64,000 nucleotides of DNA from Pseudovirgaria hyperparasitica. Taxonomy: Eukaryota. Below are positions 54,720 through 64,000 of this stretch, piece after piece. The position numbers and the translations under genes are program-made. Below the pieces are notes generated by a model that had not been told where the DNA came from, ran no database searches, and saw only the letters and a program-made list of their open reading frames with translations. The stretch is from the NCBI GenBank assembly GCA_010093815.1, contig ML996566.1. One strand, given 5' to 3'. The first letter of the stretch is position 1. The number at the start of each line of letters is the position of its first letter.

Positions 54720-57700
54720 AAACTTAACCTCTACTATATCTAATAAGTTTATATAAGGTATTTCCTTATTAGGAATAGCTTAATATTAGTAATTAATATT
54801 ACTAATATTATCTNNNNNNNNNNNNNNNNNNNNNNNNNNNNNNNNNNNNNNNNNNNNNNNNNNNNNNNNNNNNNNNNNNNNNNNNNNNNNNNNNNNNNNN
54901 NNNNNNNNNNNNNNNNNNNNNNNNNNNNNNNNNNNNNNNNNNNNNNNNNNNNNNNNNNNNNNNNNNNNNNNNNNNNNNNNNNNNNNNNNNNNNNNNNNNN
55001 NNNNNNNNNNNNNNNNNNNNNNNNNNNNNNNNNNNNNNNNNNNNNNNNNNNNNNNNNNNNNNNNNNNNNNNNNNNNNNNNNNNNNNNNNNNNNNNNNNNN
55101 NNNNNNNNATCTAGTCTTTACTTTAAGAATTATACTATATTCTTATTATCTTTAAGCTATACTCCGCCGATCCGTTTATTATATAATAGTCTATTACGGC
55201 TAGATTCTATTATATAACTCTATTTATGTAAGAATAGGGTTATTGGATAGTAGTATAGTTAGATAGAATAATAGGGTGTATTCTATTATAGAACGAATTA
55301 CTACTAAACCCTTTCGGTAGGAATCCGAGAGTATATATATAAAGGGACGCCGATCTATCTAGTACGTGACTATTTACCGCCCTTTACATTACCTCCTAAC
55401 CCTATTAGCTAAGGTATATATAGGTTAGGTTCTACCTAAGGCTAAGTCCTAATAATTATCCCTTCCCTCTAGGAAGCTACCCTTAGCGACCTAGATTATT
55501 ATCTATCTCTATATCCCTATCCTAAGTCTCGTAAGACCTTAGTCATTCTCTATACTTTATCTTAGATACTTACCGATATTCGCCGATCTAAGATTTATAT
55601 AAGCGTTTTCCTAATAAACTAGATTTTATCTATCTTAACTTCTTATATAGGTAAGATTACCTAATTAGGCCTAGCGTATCACGTGATATGATTAGAAAAG
55701 CCCGGGTACTACCTATATTAAAATCTTTTCTTAGAAATATTCCTTTCTTTAAAAAACTTCTTAACTCTTTATAGAGTTTTTTAGATTATTAGGTATATCA
55801 CCCGATCCTTATAGACATAGATTTATATAGATTTACTATAATTTAGTACGATTTACGTAATTTACTAATTTTCGTGCCGTCCTTAGCTAGTAATAATATA
55901 ATTTATAATAATCTATATAAATTAATAATAATCTTAATATGGTTTCCCGAAATCTTAATACTCTAAAGTAATCGGCGCGGAAATAGGCGCCTTCGAATAA
56001 TCCCTATCTCGTATACGTTACCGATATATTAAAAGCTATTAATCTACCCTAACCTAGGCCGGGCTCTAATAATCTAGCTATATATTATTATGGTTATCGC
56101 TTTCCGTTATATATTACTTACGGTAGTACTAAATCTATAATATACGGCACTTACATAACTAAGAAGCGTTATTACTTATAGGTATTTAAGTAAGTTCGAA
56201 GAACTTTACGTAGATTTACTTATATTAGTATAGATTACTACTAGGCCTCTAGTAACCCCTACTAATAAGAAGCGTGGTACTACTAATCGTAACGCCTTAG
56301 AGAAGGCTTTCTACGAGCTATATATCTAAGGTAAGGGTTACGCCTAGGAGTACGATTCTAATAAGATCCGTAAGGATTTATTAGAATCTACTATAGCTAT
56401 TATTACCGCGATTACTAGGTAATATTATTTTTCTTAAATCGTTATAGATTCTTACTAATATATATTAATCTCTATAATAGTGCTAAAATCTCTACCACTT
56501 TAGACTTCTTTCTATATACCGGCGATATTAAAATTCCTAGAAAAGGTTCTAGTAAAAAGGCTAAGGTTCCTTCCTCGCGCGTACTAAAGAGCTATAAATT
56601 TAGGGAAGATAGCTCTAATCTAGAAGTTTCTATACTAAAGGTATATAGTTCTATACCGATCGTTAAATCTTTTCGCTAATTTATATAATTCTTAGCGTGC
56701 CCGCGCCGGTCCGTCNNNNNNNNNNNNNNNNNNNNNNNNNNNNNNNNNNNNNNNNNNNNNNNNNNNNNNNNNNNNNNNNNNNNNNNNNNNNNNNNNNNNN
56801 NNNNNNNNNNNNNNNNNNNNNNNNNNNNNNNNNNNNNNNNNNNNNNNNNNNNNNNNNNNNNNNNNNNNNNNNNNNNNNNNNNNNNNNNNNNNNNNNNNNN
56901 NNNNNNNNNNNNNNNNNNNNNNNNNNNNNNNNNNNNNNNNNNNNNNNNNNNNNNNNNNNNNNNNNNNNNNNNNNNNNNNNNNNNNNNNNNNNNNNNNNNN
57001 NNNNNNNNNNNNNNNNNNNNNNNNNNNNNNNNNNNNNNNNNNNNNNNNNNNNNNNNNNNNNNNNNNNNNNNNNNNNNNNNNNNNNNNNNNNNNNNNNNNN
57101 NNNNNNNNNNNNNNNNNNNNNNNNNNNNNNNNNNNNNNNNNNNNNNNNNNNNNNNNNNNNNNNNNNNNNNNNNNNNNAAGTTCTAAGTTTGAACTTTCTA
57201 AGGAAGTTCCTTAATTCCTTAGAATGTTTTAAAGATCTATATCTCTTTCACCTTCTTCCTTTTAGGCGGCCGTCCTCGGCGCCGAACTATACTAAAAAAT
57301 ATTAAATCGCCGTACTTTAGTATAATTCTCTACGATTCCGCGGCTTCCTTTACTAATCGCTACTTATATACTAATATCGCTACTTTACTAATATTTATTA
57401 TAGGTTCCTAAGTATCTTCGTTAGGATTATATCCTTTCTAATAAATTTTATATAGCCACGTGCTATCTTTAGCGCGTTACTAGCTAAGTATCTACTTAAC
57501 TTCGTAGATATCTATACCTTCTTACGTAACTACTTTATATAGCATCTATTTAGAACGATCTAGTAATAATAAGGCATGAAATGGCTCGAGAAGCGTAATA
57601 TAGAATATATTATATATCTTTAACGTAGGAGGGAGTTACAACTCGTACGCCTAGTTATTAATTATATAAGTAATCTTATATAGACCTATTATTATATAGT

Positions 57701-58869
57701 TAAGCTTCTTCTTTAGCCTAATACTACGAATATTCTTACTATTTAGTAAAACTTTATCCCTAACATTAAAGATCATGGGTTTTCTACCCTTATTATAGTG
57801 CGATTTACTATAATTCATAGTATCTTATAGTAACTTTATAACGCTTCTTTACGTTTAGAATAGTTCTATAGTAATTTCTATTACTTTAACGTTAGGTCGT
57901 TCTACTTTAAACTAAGCCCCTAAGAACTACGTATTATGGTTCTAACCGAAGTTTACTTTAAATAGACTCACGTGGGTTAACGTATATCGGCTGTTATTAT
58001 ACGCGAATTCCGCGACATAGACTAACCTTATCTAGTTATCCTACTTATAGTTGTAATATACGCGTAAATACGCCTCGACTATCTAATTCTACCGCTCCGT
58101 CTACCTATCTATTTATAGGTAGAACGTAGTACTAAGTTTCCGCTTAATTCCTAGCGTATAGTAGAAATCCTTCTAAAATTTGGACGTTATCTACGGACCT
58201 CTATCCGAAACTATACTATTTAGTATACTATAGAGCCGGACTACGTCACGGAGTAGTATATCTATAAGATCCGGTGCTTAGATCGTCTTCCTTATAGGGA
58301 TATAGTATAATATCTTCGTAAATCTATCTAGAACTATAAGTAAACTATTATAAATATGCCTAGAATACTTACTTAGGGGTAGATCTATAATAAAATCCAT
58401 TAATAATTCCTTCCATGCCTCCTTTAGCATAGGTAATGGCCTTAATTTACTATATGGTAAGTATCTATATACTTTCGTATACTAGTAAACGTTATACGTT
58501 TTTACGTAGTCTTTTATATATTTATAAAGACCTAGCTAGTCGTACGTTCTTTAGATTAAATCGACCGTCCTTATAATGCTAAAGTACCCTACTAACGCGT
58601 AATTATACTATTCCCTTAAAATATTAATTCGTAAGCCGCCTTCCGGCACGTAGAGTCGGCCTTAGAAGTAGATCGCATCTAATCATCGTTCCTACCTTAA
58701 TAACCATAGCGGATCTATAGCGCTTCCTTTTATACTTACAACTTTCTTTACTAATATATCAGAAGTCTAGGTAGATTTAATTAAGTCTTTAAGGGTTTTC
58801 TTAGTTTCTTAGACGTTTATTTAGATTACTTAATACCCGCTCTAATTCCCGCGGAGAATCGCCGAAAGT
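54720..58869. repeat. Heavily RIP-mutated repeat DNA of unresolved class, with gaps at 54814..55108 and 56716..57177
   Basis: Very AT-rich with abundant TpA, visibly scarce CpA/TpG, CpG retained, and no long ORF. Followed by gap 58870..59174. Confidence 0.8.
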
Positions 58870-59174
58870 NNNNNNNNNNNNNNNNNNNNNNNNNNNNNNN
58901 NNNNNNNNNNNNNNNNNNNNNNNNNNNNNNNNNNNNNNNNNNNNNNNNNNNNNNNNNNNNNNNNNNNNNNNNNNNNNNNNNNNNNNNNNNNNNNNNNNNN
59001 NNNNNNNNNNNNNNNNNNNNNNNNNNNNNNNNNNNNNNNNNNNNNNNNNNNNNNNNNNNNNNNNNNNNNNNNNNNNNNNNNNNNNNNNNNNNNNNNNNNN
59101 NNNNNNNNNNNNNNNNNNNNNNNNNNNNNNNNNNNNNNNNNNNNNNNNNNNNNNNNNNNNNNNNNNNNNNNNNN

Positions 59175-60325
59175 ACTTAGCCTAATATACTTATCGGCGA
59201 TTAAGGACCTTAGTCGATATAAAGTAACGTAGATTTACGTAATCTAATAATAATTTAATCTAATATACGGAGCCTTCTAAACAATATTACTATTACTTAA
59301 AACTCTTAACGATTATAAGTAGTTCCTAGTCGTGCGTGTTATAACGCGTCTCTATATCCGCCATTTTACGGGAAAAGAAGGCAACCGGGTACTATTATAC
59401 CTTATCTTTTGTATCTTTATACGGTTAACTAATAATTCTAGTAATTACGAATTCTAACGCGTTAGTTTTAACCTAAATATACTTCTTAGGATCGAAATAC
59501 CTAAGAATTAGCGTAGTTATAAAGCAATTCTTTAATAATCGGAACGCATCTCGCGCTTCCGGCGTTAACTATATCTCGACCGACTTAGCTTTACGCTATA
59601 CTCGCCCACCTATAGGGATTTTACCGCTATTCTCTATGAGTTTATTAAGCGACGCCGTAATTCGTAAGAAGCCTATAATGAATTTATAATAATAGTTTAC
59701 GAAACCTATAAATATTCTAATTTAATATATAGTAGTAGGTTCTAGCCATTCTATGATAGTCTTTATACGCTCCGGCTCTATTTTTAGGCCGCTATATATT
59801 ATAATAAAGCCAAGAAACCTAACTTCTTATTAGTGAAACTCGCATTTAGATAATTTTACGTAGAGTTTATACTACCTTAGACGATTTAGTACCGATTTCA
59901 CGTGTTCTTTATAATTCTATATACTATTAGAGTAAATTAGTATATTATCGAGATAAACTACGTAAATCACGTTAAGTAATCCTACGAGTATAGTATTAAT
60001 GTATCCTTAAAACGCTCCTAGCGTATTTATTAGCCCGAATGGCATAATAGTATACTTAAAATAACTATATCTAGTCCGAAATGCGGTTTTCCACTTATCT
60101 CCGCGACGAATTTAAAGCCGGTAATATATATCTTATAAATCTAGCTTTATAAAGTACTTTACCTTCATTAATTAGTCTAAAGATTTACTAACTAGCGGTA
60201 ATAGATGACGATTCTTCTTAGTCACCGTATTTAGTGCCTGATAGTCGATGTATAGACGTAAACTTCCGTCTTTCTTCTTTATAAAGAGAATAGGTACGCT
60301 GGCTAATGACGTACTACGACGTATC
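59175..60325 (-). mobile_element. RIP-inactivated Ty3/gypsy retrotransposon, reverse-transcriptase region
   Basis: Minus strand reads [44 protein letters not shown]...[10 protein letters not shown]...MPFGL...VVYLDNILIYS...KLSKCEFH...FLGFII, with many stops. Confidence 0.92.
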
Positions 60326-63300
60326 TATTATAGACTTCGGCTTTACCTTGTCTCTAGCATTATATAACGGAGCTAGGACGGATAGAGACTAGTATAGGGG
60401 TATCACGTGACCTCGCTTAAGACTATACTTAAAGCTATAACTATACGGCTTATCCCTATTCTCTCTAAGTTAAATTATAATATATCTTAATTACTATTAT
60501 AGTAATACCTTAATTATATCCATTATATTAATTTAACTTTAATTATCTCTTTCTATACGTGGCCTTATAGTATAAGATAGTCTTAACCCGTAAGACTCTA
60601 ATCTAATACGGTAACTCTCTAACTCCTTCCTTAGCTTTCGGGACGAGATACGGTCTATCCATAAGTCTATTACGGCCGCCTAAGCGGTAAGCGAGTCTCG
60701 GATATCTAATATTAAACATAGCGTCTATACGGCTCTATAACGTATTAACGCCCGCCTCCTTACGGTCGAGTTATATAGCTATACTCCCGCTACCTTAACT
60801 TATAGCGACTCGTCCCTACCCTAGCCTAACTCCTCCCTAGTAGCGCCCTAACATCTATACGGGCCTAAACTAGCCTTTCCTACACGCGCTCCCGTCTTAC
60901 TACTTTCTACGCCGTATATTATACTCGACCGGGCTCCTAAGAGGAAGCCCCTCCCCCTTAGCGACCCGTATAATAGGTCTAAGGCCCTCTTCTATATATG
61001 GTCCGTCATGATACGGCATAAGATTACCCGGGACGCCGACTTTATCGGCACCTATAGAGACTAAATAGCCCTTATTTAGGCTAACCTAGCGCCTAAGGTA
61101 TAGAGGGGGGTTAGCGCCGTATATTCTACTAGGGGGCTAAACAGCGACTAGGACCCGCACGCGTTCTTAGACTACCTTAAATTCTAGTTCGGAGACACAC
61201 ATGCTAAAGAGCGGGCCCTCTAGCGGTTAAATATAATTACGTAAAAGGTAAAGGAGCCGTTCATAGAGTACTTCGTGCGGTTCTATACCGCTCTCTAGAA
61301 GGCTAGGGGAATATACTAGGCCGACGACTAGAAGCTCATACGGCTCCGGGACGGCCTTAACTAGAAGACCTAGGTGGTAGCCCTAAACCGGGGCCTCCTA
61401 GACTAGTATAAGGCCGCCGTAGACCGCTTTTAGGATATCGGCATAGATATAGAGTTATTCCGGCTCCGTACTAGGTAAAGCGCCGCACCTTAAAATAGGC
61501 CTAGTAAGGATAAGGACGGTAATACGATGATATCGGCGGTCGCTATTAAGACCGTTAAGATAAAGGGTAAGGAGCGAGCCGCGTCCCTAATAGCGAAGGG
61601 TAGAGACGGGGTTAAGAAGAAAGAGACTCCTTCGTGGATCCTAAAGGACTTATTCTAGAAGCGCCGTACGGCGGGCGTGTATACCCGGTACGGCTAGGCT
61701 AGCTACTAATACTAGGGCTATCTAAACGCTATTAATATACGAGCGCTTAAGGTTACGGCCCTAGCTTAGAATAATACTAATTCCGACTCCGAGGCGGGGG
61801 AAGTATAGCCCCCTACTAAAGCCCGGGTTAGGGGATGTTACTATATTTAGTAAGGAATAAAGCTATAGGCGACCCGGATAACGGCTCCGACCTAGAGGAT
61901 AGCGCGCCCGCTCGGGTTATAGATAGACCCCCACCCGTTATATTACTATTTCTCTAGAATAGAAAGTATATAGACGCCTTAGTAGATATAGGGTACGAGT
62001 ATTTCGCGGTAGTTAGCCCGGCCCTTATAGCGGACGTAGCTAAGTCGTGTATCTCGGTCCTACGTCGTTAAGTGGCTCTCGCCGCTAATAGAGTATTAGG
62101 ACCGGAGATCACGGAAGTCGTTACTATCTAGTATAATATCGCGGGGTAGCGATAACGCCTTACTATCTATATAGTACCTAGGCTAGACCGGGATCTTATC
62201 CTCGGGAGCCTATAGCTCTACTAGGCTAGCGCCGTTATCGATATACGCGTAGATAAAATTACGCTTTACTACGCCTACGGCCTTATAGCCCGGGATATTA
62301 ATACCTATAGGCGCCTAATAAGCATCCGGGTCCTTACCGAGAAGGGCTATATTCCTAGAGGTCTAGAGACGGCTTACCGCCGTAGGCGAGTAGTCGCTAC
62401 TAGTATCCGCGACGTTACCCGCCTCCTATAACTTATACTCCCCTAGTTACCTCCGGTACCCAACCGGGACGCGACCGAGCTTATAGAGGATAGGCGCCCG
62501 CTCCCGTTAACGCTATACGCCTACCGCGATCTCTTTAATAAGGAAAAGACGTCGGCGCTACCTCCCTATAGAGGGAACACCGACTACTATATCTATATTA
62601 AGTCTATACCGGCGGGAACCCCTATAAACCTCCCCTAGGGACCACTCTACGCTATATCTTAGAAATAACTCGTAGAGCTCCGTCGCTAGCTTACGGATCT
62701 TATAGATAAGAGATAGATACGGGCTAGCTCCTTAGCGGCTAGGGCGCTAGTACTCCTTATCCCTAAGCCGGGAGGGAAGTAGCGGCTATATATCGACTAT
62801 AGGGCCCTTAATAGTATTACTAAATAGGACCGATACCCGCTACTACTTATACGCGAGACCCTATATACCATTAGTAATATATTATGGTTTAGTAAGGTGG
62901 ACATCTAGGCGGCATTTTATAAACTACGGGTCGCCGCCGGGGACGAATATAAGACGGCCTTCTATACCCGGTTCGGCCTCTTTAAATAGATAGTTCTCCC
63001 TTTCGGTCTCTCTAGCGCCTCTATCTCCTTCTAGCGCTATATTAATAGGGTACTAAGTAGGGTCCTCGGGGTTACCTATATAGCGTATCTTAATAATATC
63101 CTTATATATACCCCGGGCACGTTAGAAGACTACTAGGCCGCCGTAAAAACTATCCTATCTCTTCTTATAAAGGCGGACCTTTACTATAACCTTACTAAAT
63201 GCCGTTTCGCTACTAAGGAGGTCCGGTACCTAGGTTATATTATTACCGCTAGGGAGTCGATCCGCCCTAACCCGGAGAAGATTACCGCTATCTAGGACTA

Positions 63301-64000
63301 GGAGCCCCCGACTACGGTCCGGGGCGTCTAGCGGTTTATTAGGTTTATAAACTTCTACCGTAACTTCCTCCCTAACTTCTCTACTATAGCGGCCCCGCTC
63401 TACGCCCTTACTAAGGCCGGGATAGCCTTCTACTAGGGCCCGGCTAAGAACCGCGCGTTTAATACGCTAAAGAACGCTTTTATTACTAGGCTAATCCTCT
63501 AGTCCTAGAACGAGATACACGATATAATAGTTAAGGCGGATTACTCTAGATACGCGACGGGTGGATACCTATCCTAAAAGGTTCGGGGTATTTAGTACCC
63601 GGTAGCCTACTATTCCGCGGCCCTTACGGCCGCTTAGCGGAACTATACGATCTATAATAAGGAGCTCCTTATAGTAGTTTAGTACCTCTAGGCGTGGGAA
63701 CCTAAGCTCCGAAGCGTCTACCGCCCCTTTACGGTCTATATAGACTATAAAAACCTCGAGTACTTTACTAAGTCTTACCTTCTTATCCCACGGTAGTAAT
63801 AATAGTCTAACTAGCTTATACTATTTAACTATAACCTCGTATACCGGCCGGGATCCTAGACGGCCCGTCTAGATACCCTAAGCCGCCGTAACTAGGACTT
63901 ATCTAAAAAGTCCCTTCTAAGGGGACGGCTTATAACTCTACGGGCCATTAGAATGGCACTAGTAAGTACCCGCTCCGGGGAGTCCTATCTCCCCTAGGGA
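60326..64000 (+). mobile_element. RIP-inactivated Ty3/gypsy retrotransposon: probable 5' LTR, gag, protease, RT and RNase H (continues past the window)
   Basis: Zinc-knuckle relic YTRYG*ASY at about 61680 (reverts to CTRCG). Protease ALVDIG at about 61975. RT: RLYIDYRALN, DRYPL, KTAFYTRFGLF, LPFGL, YLNNILIY (63086). RNase H: YPVAYYS...RNYTIYNKELL...DYKNLEYF. Confidence 0.93.

Noticed and set aside
56697..57305. 202-aa ORF
   Set aside because: Artefact spanning the N gap 56716..57177.

Overview
Filamentous-ascomycete (Pezizomycotina) genomic DNA, not prokaryotic. The evidence is short GT-AG introns with CTRAC-type branch points, fungal gene families, and RIP-type (CpA->TpA) mutated repeats. 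About 1-47 kb is a gene-rich block: the 3' part of xanthine dehydrogenase, a secreted protein that looks like a degenerate zincin, a Y-family polymerase iota-like gene with a 6-nt microexon, a Ser/Pro-rich protein, pirin, a small conserved hypothetical gene, IES2, an ATOS/FAM214-like gene, FYV7-like, a PTR2 peptide transporter, a large BIRC6/UBE2Z-type E2, a secreted GH24 lysozyme, CTF18, EAF7, a gamma-tubulin complex (GCP6-like) gene and a HET-domain gene. A small repeat island with a MITE sits at about 5.9-8.3 kb. About 47-54.7 kb is a transition zone with a truncated Ty1/copia gag and its primer-binding site, candidate microprotein genes and minisatellites. From 54.7 kb to the end is a gapped, heavily RIP-mutated block with two opposed, probably nested Ty3/gypsy elements. 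I found no CRISPR array, rRNA or tRNA, and I cannot support a claim of a new multi-gene system. All family calls come from recognising motifs by eye, with no database search, and all splice models were built by hand.
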